From assembly GCA_000708835.1 (NCBI GenBank), contig DF237129.1, positions 62,001 to 126,000 of the forward strand: a DNA stretch of 64,000 nt. Reading direction: 5' to 3'. A program made the translations under genes and the position numbers. The notes beneath the pieces were generated by a model. That model made no database searches. It saw only the letters and a program-made list of their open reading frames with translations, and was not told where the DNA came from. Origin of the DNA: Klebsormidium nitens. Lineage: Eukaryota; Plantae; Klebsormidiophyceae. Shown here piece after piece: positions 46,136 to 57,873 of this stretch; the first letter of the stretch is position 1, and every line of letters begins with the position of its first letter.

Positions 46136-49100
46136 ATGGCGTCTCAAACGGCCATCCGCTGGCCCCTACCCTCCACAGGCTCTCTCAATGGCTGCAGTCT
46201 GCCCGCAGCAGCCTTGTCTCGCAGCTGGGAAGCACCATTACAAAGTGGAGCTTTCTCTCCGCTGCTCTCAGGCAGACCGCAGCAAAGGAGACACCATGCA
46301 GAAGCATGCCTTGTCAGCGCCACTTTCGACCCCTGTTTATCGTCCTTTTCAACTGCATGTGACAGAACTTTCATCCCTGTACGTAAAGAATTACAAGGGG
46401 CAAACTGTTTGAGTAATCTTCCTTCCCATTCAACAAACCATTTATGCAGAGGGAGAAAACGGCATATGGTGTTAACATGTAGAGCAGCTTCAGACGTGGC
46501 ACAGTCTAGCGACCGCGGCCAAGGAAGTCAAAACAAGGAGGGAAGCCGGAAAAAGAGGATTGCGGTGTTCGTGTCTGGAGGAGGTTCCAATTACAAGGCA
46601 ATCCAGGCGGCGATTGATGCAGGGAAGGTCAACGGCGAGGTGGTCGCTGTGATTAGTGACAAACCAGGTATGGATACTGTCTTCCTCAAATGTGGCATAA
46701 TGTGTCGCAAACAGACATGCAGCGCCTGGTTGTTACCCTTTTCTTTACATCAAAGATCATATGTTTCAAGAAAATATTGGAATGCGCTAAGCTCTCTAGA
46801 TCCGCCAGTTGGTTGACGATACTATAGAACATTTGTCGCAATTCTACCACCTTTTCATCGGCCGACTGAGTTCCCTGGTGCCGCGGCCTGGGTGGCAAAG
46901 ATGACCGTGGGCGAGCATTTTTCAAAAGTAATCAGCAGCCAATCAGTTTCAGATAATCTGAAGATTGCAGCAAGAAGGAAACGTTCTTGCCTGTTTACAA
47001 GTGCTGAACTATGAACCAGTTTCACAAATCGAAGATGATGGAGCTATACATTAGATTGCCTCGTCAGTCTCTCCATTGTAGCAGCGCTTACTTTCTTCGG
47101 CCTGCGTCCTGTGCAAGGCTTGTCTAATTATTCCAACTTCCAACACGTGCTCTTCTTTATGACCGATCGTGTATTCTTGACTCATTTGCTTAGTCTATTC
47201 GGACTCGAAGCTTCGGATGCTTTGTGTAAGCATTGATCACATCAGTTTTTCTGCCCCAGGTTGTAAAGCTACAGAATTTGCGTCGGAGAAAGGCGTCCAC
47301 GTCAGTGCGTACCCGAAGTCTGCCAAGTTTGCACCCGAAGGGCTGTCGGCTGAGGATCTGGTCCAACTCCTAAGGTGCGGGCGTATCCATGTCTCGTTCA
47401 TGGGCGTCAAGAGTCAAAGAACTCATTGTTCATTCTCCTTGAATCACTTGCGTGATTCACGTCTCTATTTGTGCATTGGAAGTACCTTTGATGCATCCAC
47501 CATCCCTATCTTCGTTTCGCTTTCGTTGCGCACGCTGCAAACTGTTGTTACCATGCTGCCATCCCGTCCCTCCAACAGCTCAGGAGACCTTTGTCCTTTT
47601 AAGCAGCACATATTGAATAGATTGTTTCCTAAAATGTTTCAATTCTGTAGCAAACAACTGTGCGGCGCCGATTTGTCTGCGTGCAGAGAAAAGAAGGTCG
47701 ACATCGTGCTTCTCGCCGGCTTCCTCAAGCTCCTCCCCGCTGAGTTAGTCAAAGCATTTCCCCAAGCGATCCTCAACATCCATCCGGCCCTGCTTCCGGC
47801 GTTTGGCGGGAAGGGCTTTTACGGACTGCGCGTGCATTCTGCCGTGATCAAGTCCGGCGCCTGGTGAGTCGTTGCAGGTGGTTCGTCATGCTTCCCTACG
47901 ATCGGCAGACGTCAGCAGTGTGTTTTTAGGGGAGGGTCAATCGCAAAGCGGACTTGGTGTGCATTTTGATCCAAAAGTGTGGCGTTTCGTCGGAACTTGG
48001 TCGTGTGCTGCCGTCTCGGTTTGTGTTTGCTGTTGATGTCCTTGAAACGGCTTACGCCATTGGCGTGACCAGACAACCAAGCAAGACTCTTTATAGGGCG
48101 ACAGGACCAGGTACAGCTGCGAAAGCTGAAGGCTACACTGAAAGTTTCACTGCACCAAGAAGCCCGGTACTCGAGTCGAACGTCGATTGACCTCATTTCT
48201 TCCTTAAGATCGACGGTCATCGCACTGTAGTTTGATCTCCTGATCCGCAGACCGCCTGTCGAAAGCACGAATCGTTGACCTCATTAAAGAACGCCTCACA
48301 CCGAGTTGTAGCTGCTCCCCTTGCATCTGGCACACGCCTGGAGACCCCGGTTCGGTTCGACTGCTGGAAAATGATGACGGAGAGTGGAGGAGTCGTGCCC
48401 TCAAAGGGATGATGTGCTTGCATTAAGCTCAAGTTCTGTAGAGCCAAAAGGAACGATGCAGGCAGCTTCGTTGTTACAGCTGATTGACGCAACCAAGGCG
48501 ACGCACACACGTAAAGGTATTTCAACTCGTCCTGCCGGGCTGGCCGCTGAATCTAGTCCTTTCATCCCCTCTTGATACCAACCTTCCCTTATTTTGAAAG
48601 CATTAGTTCTTCTTAAGCGTTGGTCAATGACCATACGTGGCACCTCATTACAGGTTCTCCGGTCCGACAGTGCACTTCATCGACGAAAACTACGACGCGG
48701 GGGTCATCGTCGCGCAGCGGATCGTGCGGGTGCTCCCTACCGACACCCCGGAGGAGCTGCAGGCGCGGGTGCTGAAAGAGGTGCGGTTTCGTGCTTTCCG
48801 GCGAAAACTGATATAAGCTGTTGTGATGGATTACCATAATTTTTGCCAGGAGGTATGTCAGAAGGATATTCCGACTCTCGGGCTTCAGTTGCCTTGCGGT
48901 GCTTTTTCAGCTTTTGTCAAAATGGTGATGTCAACCTTTGTTGGATGAGCGTCAAAAAACGACTTTTCCCTCGGGCTTCAGAAGGTTTCAGAACCGCCGA
49001 AACCGCAAAAGGCGACAAAAGACGTGGCTAACGTGGTCTTTCTGGTCTTACACGGGCCCTCACCCGAGTCAGATTACCGCCTCTATTACTGCTCTGGAAC

Positions 49101-49653
49101 CCTCGTTTTCGGCTCGTTTTGCCGACTTACAGCTTTGCTTTTCTTTTGAAAATGCTCAACGATCGCTTGAGCTGTAAAAGCGGCGCTTATACTGTCGAGG
49201 CAGGAACGTATCTCCTCACATTTACGTCACTGTAAAGCGCCGCTGATGAAACAATCTTTGCAATTCCTTTTTGTGATCATTATGCATCCGTTTTGTGATC
49301 ATTCTGCATCTTTCCCAGGCATATCTGTCCGTGTACAGAGCAAACAACGGGCCTCTGCACCCTAGCCGAAGTGCGGCTGTGTCCGAGTCCTAGATATTAT
49401 AAGTCTCTGTGTTTTAGAAACCATAGGCGGTACTTGTCTTTCTCCTTAATGTGCCTGAGATTGGTGCGCTGGACTCATTCCGTGTTATGCTCTGCAGGAG
49501 CATTACTTATACCCGATCGTAGTGTCAGCCCTCTGCGACGGCCGCATCCGGTGGCGAGACGACGGAGTCCCGATTCTTGAGGATTACATGCACTCGAGCC
49601 CGACCGAACTTCCAGAGACCTCTTCCTGTCGCAACGTGCAGGCCATTATCTGA
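46136..49653 (+). CDS. PUR3: Phosphoribosylglycinamide formyltransferase (GAR transformylase) with long transit peptide; exons 46136-46667, 47260-47374, 47687-47863, 48654-48780, 49498-49653
   Basis: RKKRIAVFVSGGGSNYKAI..VVAVISDKP-G/CKATEFA../EKKVDIVLLAGFLKLLP..ILNIHPALLPAFGGKGFYGLRVH..SGA-W/FSGPTVHFIDENYDAGVIVAQR..EELQARVLKE/EHYLYP..CDGRIRWRDDGVP. PurN signature, all junctions in phase. Confidence 0.95.
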
Positions 49654-51096
49654 AGAGGGACTTCCAGCACTGAGAACTCTCTTCAACTGAGTCCGTCTCA
49701 TTATTAAGATTGTAATCCAATCTGGACACCATGTGACGAAAGATTTGGCCCGCGAACGGTATGTCAAAACTGCTGATACTGTGTCCTAAAGTGAACCAAA
49801 GTACTCATGCAACGGGCCAGTGCCATGGTTGCATGATATGCATATGGCCGGCCGACGCTGATCCATGGCACATGCTTAACTCACTATATCAGCTTCGTGT
49901 TCTACGGCATCTGTGATTGCAGATGCATTTCCCGCCCCCATATATAGCTAGCTAGTTTTGAAATTGCATAAGAGCACCGGCGGAACAATTGATTAAATAT
50001 TGTTGGTGCGAGCTAGCTGGCCTAAGTCCAGAACTCTCTCGAACCTGTCGTACTGCAATCCCTGTAAGGCTCCCATCATGGATTGCGAGTACAGACACGT
50101 TCGAATGTGGACATACAATTTTGCATGGTTGAACCATTGCAAGCCAGCTAGCCAAGGCTCGCGCGAGCACGATGATGGTATACCGATCGGCCAATCATCA
50201 GAACGTACATATGTTTCCGAACTTAAGTATAATTAGCGCGCATAAAATATTTTGCATGCACTTCTCACCTGGCAGCCTCTTTGGCCAGCGCGCATATGTG
50301 GCATGGCCGGGCCGGCCGCGGGCGAGCTGGCATCATTCAATGGGCTGAGCTTATATTCGTTTTGTGCGATCACAATCCGAGCTAGTCGTCGGCTAGCCGG
50401 CCGGGACAGGCTCGTCTCGATGCTTGAATTAGCATCGGACAAAATGAGCGACTGATACTTAAGAATTCTAAGCGTATAACGACGTGCTAAGCGGGCCCGC
50501 TACTATACTAAACTAATCGAATGTCGGACTGTATTACTTCCAAACGCTGCCAGCGGATTATAGGATTCCGGCGCTAATCTGGCAGTGACCTTATGTAAGC
50601 GGTGGTGCTGCGACTCCTATCCAACTCCTACGACGGAACAACTCGCGTAACTATCTTTACACTCTTCTGCCAAATACGGTGATCTTAGGATGCCGCAGGG
50701 AAATCTACCTTTAAGCCTGAAATGCAAGGTAACTATCCTTTGGGGCTGCCGCCCCGTAGCCCCAACCGTCTGCGTCTGTATTGGATCGGCTTGACCCAAG
50801 TCATCTTTCAGGTTAAAGAGGTTGAGCGCTAGGTGACTAAGACGGCCTCGAAGAAATCTGGCACGACTCCAACTGATGTGTCGTTGCTGATCGAGCTTCT
50901 AACCCTATTCTGATTACGGGGCTACAATTGCGCTATTCCTGACGTAAGCTGGACTTTCGGACGCTTTGGATTCTATCGAGGGTGCTAAATGGCCTACGAG
51001 AGCTTACTGCCAACCCGAAGACTTTGTTGCGTGTGCTCTGCTTTCCTGACCCGCTGTGCACTCTTTTGACGGGGCATCTTTCCATCTACGCCCTGC

Positions 51097-54000
51097 TCAG
51101 TCTAGTTCGGGAGCAAAGAGGGGCGGGTCATTCAACGCCTTCTCGTTCTCTTCGAAATACTCGTTGATCAACGAGAATATTGGAAGGTCGGTTTCGTCAT
51201 CCCCAAACGGATCTGTATGAAGAATCGAACGCTTGCGTCAGACTTTCAAAAGATTGGACGGTTCGCCCGGCGAGAACCCCGCATCGGCTGTCTCTTTTAG
51301 CAACCGACACGGTCCGCTTTCACGATTCGCAGAGCCAGAGGGTCAACCTAAGCCTCAAGGATGCAGTTGGCAGGCACGGTAACGAGGCAGCCGACGTTGA
51401 CCTTCACGTTTCTTTTCACATAACCTTTACCAGTGTGAAAGCGATCGCTTAAACTTTGACAAATCTCTGCACACCGTTGGCATCATTTTGGCTGAAGAAT
51501 GCGAGGAGAGTTTTGAGCGTCGCAGTGAGAGTAGACAGCAGGATAGGGAGCGCCCCGTGTTTATTTCGCTGACTGCAATGTGTACAACGTCCAGAACGAC
51601 AGCCCCTAGGTCTCACCTGCGAGGGCGACTCCCAGTTCGCACACAAGAAGAGGCGCAAGAAGTCTGGACAACTCTCAAACCCTTCAACCCTCAAGCTCTC
51701 AGGAAACTACGTCTTTCCGCAAGGGCGTCTCCCTTCCGGCGCAAGCCAGAAGCACATGGATCTCGATTTTAGAATGCGCAATGTTCTAAGATATTCTTGG
51801 TCTCACCCGCGAGCGCGACTCCCAGCTCGCGCAGTCCCAGCAGCGCGATCGTGAAGACCGCGTAGCCCAAGAGCGACCAGTACGCCGAGAAGAACGCGAA
51901 GGCGTACGCGTTGACAGCGAGGTAGACCAGCAACAAGAAGTTGATCAGGTGGAAATACGCAAACGGGATGGGCCTGCGCACGATAGGGTATGGGCGTGTG
52001 TGAGCAAGTTATGGTGCGCTTGAGAAGATGACCAGGTGGAATTATGCAAACGGGATGGGCCTGCGCACCATAGGATATGGTCTTTGCTTAGCCAGTTATG
52101 GTACGCTCGAGGATGTGGGCTGACTTTGCACGTCTGGACGAAGATGGAGCCGAGGAACGGGGTCGGTTGCGAAGGCTCGTGACCGCAGAGTAAGCGACGG
52201 AACAGCGTTGGAGCGTTTCATGCTCCTTTCTCGCCGCGGAATGGGGCCTGCTCATCTCCTGAGGCGCTCCCGCATATGACGCGCTCACGGATGGGAGGGA
52301 AAGCAATGCTCGAGACTGCGGAGTCCATCGAAGTACACTGAATTTTCATCTCGGGAGCAGCTTCATTTTCGGGTGTCCGCTGCGCTGAAGGGAGTCGCGC
52401 ACGCTGCCAGGGATCTAAACCCTGATTAAAATCAAGGCCCTTAAACCAGTCCATGTGGGTGTTGCTGGAAGCATTGAGCGACTCACTGTGAGGTGTAGTT
52501 GTAGATGTCTTGAATGCTCTTGCGGACGTCCAGCACGTTCCGTTCATAAGCCTGCAGCGGAGAGCGGAACGTGAGCTCATCAAGGTGTTCATAACAGTGA
52601 CCAAGCGACATGTCAGAGGCAAATTTCAAAGACCGTCATCGAAATTGAAACGAACTTTTCAGCTCTCCGGTAAACTGCAAGTTCGGCGTTAAGCAAGCCT
52701 TGATCAGCGAACGGTCAACTCCTTAAGCATCTGGTCTTCCCAGTCTCTGCACGCGAAGTCCTGAACGGAAGATTCTCCAAAGCAGCTTCTCAAACCTCGT
52801 ATCGCGATTCGTACCTGGTAGATTCTGGACTCGATGTCCTTGTTTTCGGTGTGCACCCACAGCCGTTGCAAGCACCAGAGGAGGCACTCTTTGTAGGCGT
52901 TCCGGCCGGGGAGCGCGCGCAAGACGTCGACCTCTTTGCTGGACAGCACTTGCAGCGACTGGAGGTGGGCATACGCCCAGTCGACCATGCCGTCGCTTTT
53001 GTACTGGGGCAGATGAGCCAGGCCCAAATAGTGCGCAGCGGACAGGTACCGGAAAATGTCCCTGGGGGGCGCAAATTGCGGGTTCGTGAGTGGTGGGTGC
53101 GTGTAGATTTGAGTTGCGTATGGTGGGTTTGTGAATGGTGGACTTGTGATTCGTGGGTTTATGGAACAGTCATTTGCGATTGGTAATTTTGTGAATGATA
53201 GTTGAATGGTGGTGTTTTAGTAATGTTGGGTTTGTGAGTGTTTGTGCATAGTACCCTCGGGGGCTAGCGCAATGTTCTTTGCTCTTTGCGCAACGTTCTT
53301 ACTGGACATCACACATGTTTAGCATGTTCAAGAGCGGATAAGCCAAAGTACTCCGTTTCCTGACGAGTCCTGAATAACTGAAAGTTAAAAATCAGGCTCC
53401 GATATTTGGGCTGACAGGAAACGGGCCCTCGTGAAGTTCTGCGACTAACCAGGGAGCCGAAACGGGTCTACTTACACAGCAGGCCTAGAGGCTCCTCGTA
53501 GCTGGGCGGGAGTTAATGGTACACAGTGGCTGGCTGTAAAAGGTTGGCTCCGGAAAGAATTACCCAGACGGAAAAGGAGCAGAGGGAAATCAAAACAGAA
53601 TCCACGGACGCACAAACCGGGGGAAGAGACGAGAAAGAGTGAGGAGAGAAAGAGGAAGAGGAGCAAGACGAGATACGGAGACAACCTGGAAGCAGATCGT
53701 CGTCTTTAATCATACAGCTGTTTAAGCTTTTAAACTGCCATCAGATTTACGCTCGGAGCATGGGTCCCTGATTCAGGACCGTCGGATCGACGTCGTCAAG
53801 GCATCTGACGGTTACGAACCACGATGCGATCTTGAAAGTGAGACGCGAAGTTTGACGCAAACGGCTGTGGCAAAAATAGGCGGCCGGCGCGGGGGCTCAC
53901 AAGCGAGTGGTGGCCGCGTGCTTGATGAGGCCGTCCCGGAAGTTGGTCCGCAGCATGAGAACTAGGTTGGAGATGGCGTGCTCCGTGTTGCGCGCGAGGC

Positions 54001-55289
54001 GGTACTGGTCGAAGAAGCGCTTGTACGACTCGTTGTTGAAGAAGACCAGGAAGAAGGAGAGCAGCGCGCCGGACGTCCCAATCATCGTGATGTTTACCTA
54101 CACGGATTCGTGTTGCTTGTTTCAGCGGTCCCCCCGACAATTGCGAGCATTCTTGGTGTTTGGCTTTGCGTGGATTGCGTGTTGTCTGCAGTGACTTCTT
54201 CTAACAACACCAAAGAAAACGATTAAAACAAGGGCATTCTCTTAGGGGGACCGAAAGGACGACAGACACTGCACGAACGACGCGAGGGTCACCTCGCCGT
54301 TTCATCCGCGCGCAGTCCTCGTTCCCCTCTTCCCGTCATGAAACGTCTCCTTTTACGGTGCACGTCCAGCAAAAGAACTCGGAATGTACGTCAGTTAGCG
54401 AAAGATATTTACCTGCGTGGCCTCTGGTCTTGCACTTTCAAAGTTCCTCTACTTTCGCCCCTGACTTAGTTCTCGCCGTTCGACTATGACTTTTTCGCTT
54501 CTAGCAGAAGAGTCCGAATAAGAAAAACAACGCATGTACGTGCCAATAATCTTGGCATTCAGCTGGCAAGATGTTCCGTTGTTGTAGTTACAATTCGCTC
54601 TTTTCTGCATGGTTGAATGCCTAATGCTGAAGCCATGAGGTTGCCGCACCCCACTACAAACCTGATACAAACTCTAGCCTACGTTTCATCAGCATTAAAA
54701 GTCTTTTGTAAGAAAGTTGATGTTTCCTGCCGGCTGCGTGCTTCGCAAGTAATTTGGCGAGCTGGTGCGCAAGTCTCAGATTGTTCTAGCTACTAGAAAC
54801 CAAGGGCCTTCGAGGACAATCTATGCACCTATTATTCGAATGCCTCAACCGAGTGGGTAAAGCCCTGCAGTGGGCTTCAAGAGGTCCAGGGCTTGCGCGC
54901 TAAGTGAGCCGCTACCAAATCATCTTGGACGATGACCCACTGCAAGCGGTGCACCACTCCCCTCTAGAGCTTGTGCAAGTTCACCGTAGAAGAGGAGAGC
55001 AGCAAAGTCCGGAAGGGCAGATACTCACGCCAGGCCAGCCATATTCGCGCGGTTCCTCGCGGGTATCGTTGGTGGTGTGGCCGGAAGTGCTCGTGTAGAA
55101 GACCAAATTCACAGCCAGGTTCAGCAGGATGAGGATCCAAAAGTCGACCCGCGTGAGCACCATCTTGAGGGCAGTGCCCTGGAATGCGAACAAGGTCTTC
55201 AGGGGAGCATCTGCCAGGAGGGGAGTTTCAGCGACTAAGTCTTCTTCTCTTGATTTTGATTTCTGGATGTAGGGTTTGAGCACACCCAG
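51097..55289 (-). CDS. Bestrophin/UPF0187-like anion channel; exons 55289-55029, 54097-53901, 53061-52815, 52551-52487, 51973-51807, 51212-51097; first exon upstream unresolved
   Basis: TLFAFQGTALK..TM helix/GALLSFFLVFFNNESYKRF../..IQDIYNYTS-Q/PIPFAYFHLINFLLLVYL..LLGLRELGVALA-D/PFGDDETDLP. The P(I/L)PF.Y and E...L.DPFG.D..DL motifs define the bestrophin superfamily. Confidence 0.85.
51946..52115 (-). repeat. 87-bp tandem duplication of a 3' splice site plus exon start
   Basis: caggtggaaatacgcaaacgggatgggcctgcgcacgatagggtatgg (real acceptor, exon starts 51973) versus caggtggaattatgcaaacgggatgggcctgcgcaccataggatatgg (copy, pseudo-exon starts 52060). Confidence 0.85.
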
Positions 55290-56279
55290 CTGGAGGGATC
55301 GACTTTGCCGAAGATAGGATGTCTTGCGATTCAGGCTTTTCAGGATGTGAATTTAGAGGTTTTTCATTAAGGTCTGTGTACAATATGGCCATAACGGTTC
55401 GCATGTTCCACAGAACATCTGTGGAGCACCTTGATATGACAAAGAGGGGTTACGAGAGAGGTACGGGGGGTCAGGCGGAGAAAAGGTGGAGAAGAATAAA
55501 ATCTGGAATCCATATATAACAGGCCGAGCCAGGAGTACAACAGGGAGGCAGACGGACTTTTGCAGAATTAGGCTTCTTCTCCCAGCACAGCAAAAGGAAG
55601 AAAGCAAGTGTTGCAGACTTGCTGGTGAGTCCTACATTATGCAGCTCAATATCGCTCGGCTCGACCTACATCTATAAGACCATTTTTCAACAGGGCAGGT
55701 GACATTTGCATCCGCAGCAAAGCTCGTCAGGCTTTCCAACTCGAACATTATAATGGGCACAGGGCGAAACAAAGAAAACCTCAGCTTTGCAAAAGACGCA
55801 TATTTCCATCACACCCAACCCACACTTTTCACCTCACAATACTGCACCATGTTTACCAACTTCGCTTTACAAAACAACTCCCACGCTGCACATTCTAATA
55901 ATGGTCTCAAGAACAGCACATTGGCCCAGGATCAACTGTGGCAGAAGAAAATAACAGCATAGTCTCTTCAGCCCGCTTCTGACCACGAACGGGTCAGAAC
56001 ATCGGGGAGCTTGACGATGCTGCAGCTGATGCAACCAGAAGTACCACCAGATTGCACATGTCGCTCGTCACAAAGCATCATGCACTCGAAAGGCTCACAG
56101 GGTTCCCCAAAAATAAAACTGCCTAGCAACAAAACGTTTGCACGATAACCGACAGATTAACACCACAGCCAGGGTTAGAGTGACCCACTTGGGTTGTAGA
56201 TGATTGTCTTGAGCACCAGCCGGTGTCCTTTCAGCAGCGCCGCACTCTCGCTCCTCAGAGTCATGCTCGTCTTGCTCAC

Positions 56280-56584
56280 CCCCCCCCCGCCAGATCCCGC
56301 CACGGGCCTCTCAGCAGGCCTGACAAACCCGCATGCGTGGCAGTCCCAGGGCCCTCTTCAGGGTGCACCTTCCCCTCGGATCCTCCGCCCGCGTCCAAGT
56401 GCTGGTCCAAACCTGCGGAAGCCTCCTTTGGAACCTCAAAGACTGCTTCGTCATCTCCCACTTGCTGCAGAAGGGCGGTGTTGGATGTTGTTCGAGGGGT
56501 CCGGACGCTCTGAGGATCGTCAGATGGTTCGCTTCTGATTCTGAGCTCAGATGATGCTCTGTCGCTTACTTGGCTGGAAGCCAT
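56280..56584 (-). CDS. Possible first coding exon of the bestrophin gene or of a small separate gene
   Basis: ATG-initiated low-complexity ORF MASSQVSDRASSELR.. ending at a GG|GTGAGC donor. Its phase (2) does not match the 55289 acceptor (0), so an intermediate exon would be needed. Confidence 0.35.
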
Positions 56585-57873
56585 AATAAGCGCAAACTGC
56601 TTTGACTGCTTCCGCCCCGCAGCTGCACAACGAACGAGGATTCCGCCAACTTGAAGGCACTTGCCTTATCAGGACGTCTTGTGCGCTAGCGGAGGTCGGT
56701 GAAGACTTTGACACGTTGAGAGGGGGAAAGTGTTTGTGGCCAGTAGAAGGGTTAGAAAGAGCGCCGGAAGAACTTTCCACACTCAGGGCTATGAGCTCGT
56801 CCGCACACTAGCGTCACAGCTAGAGAAGGTTTCAAGTGGTCTCCACGATGACTGCGGACATCCTTCCAAGTTCTTGAATGTGGGCCTTCCGAAAGGATTG
56901 AATCTGAAGGCCAGATTGGATTAGGTCCTAGGCTCCTAGCCAGACTGGCGGCTGGAGTCTCTATTACCGTACGGTACCCAGGCTGCACAGTGCACACATG
57001 TGAAGTACGGCGCGACAACTGAATGGCCCAGCGGCCTCATCGTACCCAAGCCTCTAGGTGCCTGCTTGCAGGCTGCAGACTGCATGGTACCAGGTAAGGT
57101 CTGTACAAGCTGAACCCCCGTACTCATTATAAATGGTCAAATCAGGGAATTTGCAAACCGTATAAGCTGCAGATTGGCAGGTATTAAGTAAAGCTGGAGA
57201 CTCGAGAACTGTTTGCTAGCAAGTCTGGGACCTGTGGGGTTAGGCTGGATCGGTTTAGGACGTTGAGTACCTAACGAGTTCAGGAGCGGAGAAGTTCCTT
57301 CTTGTGGTTTACCTACCTATCTTCGAAGTGTGGTTCACGTGTTTCCTAGCTGAGAGCTCCTGAGCTTCAAATATTGGTTTGAAGTCCGAAGGTCAATGTG
57401 GTCATATACCAACTATTAGTATATTTCTTGTTACCAGCCGTACGGGTATTTCTATTTGGAATGGGTACCCCTCGTGAATTAATTCTTGTGTAATGGTCGA
57501 GTGGTTCTGTCCGTCTAATCATGGCATGAAACCTAACCTGAGGCCACCGGTGACCGGACCATTTCCGCGACAATGCTTGACTTCATGACGTCACAGAATA
57601 TGACAAACTGGTTCTGATTGGTCCGTAGCCAAACCTTGACAGTTCGATCATGATCGTTTTTGCGGCGCCGCTGTCGCGGCGGCCCACCCAGTGACAGCCG
57701 CAGAGTCGCGAGCGCAACGCGCGCGGCGTCACAATTGTGGCTTGCCAGTCGTCATTTGTGGCGGAGGAAAAGCACACTAGTACCTACGATCTTATTTCAG
57801 TATTTGCATGAGATCGATCCACCATGGCCGGAGGCCTGATGGTGCTTCAAATGCAGTCAGCGATGGTGCAAAG

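Noticed and set aside
53075-53250. TG-rich intronic tract as a possible reverse copy of the CA-rich element
   Set aside because: Shares composition only and lacks the ctccgcaccc/accctaa/cacccg core order.
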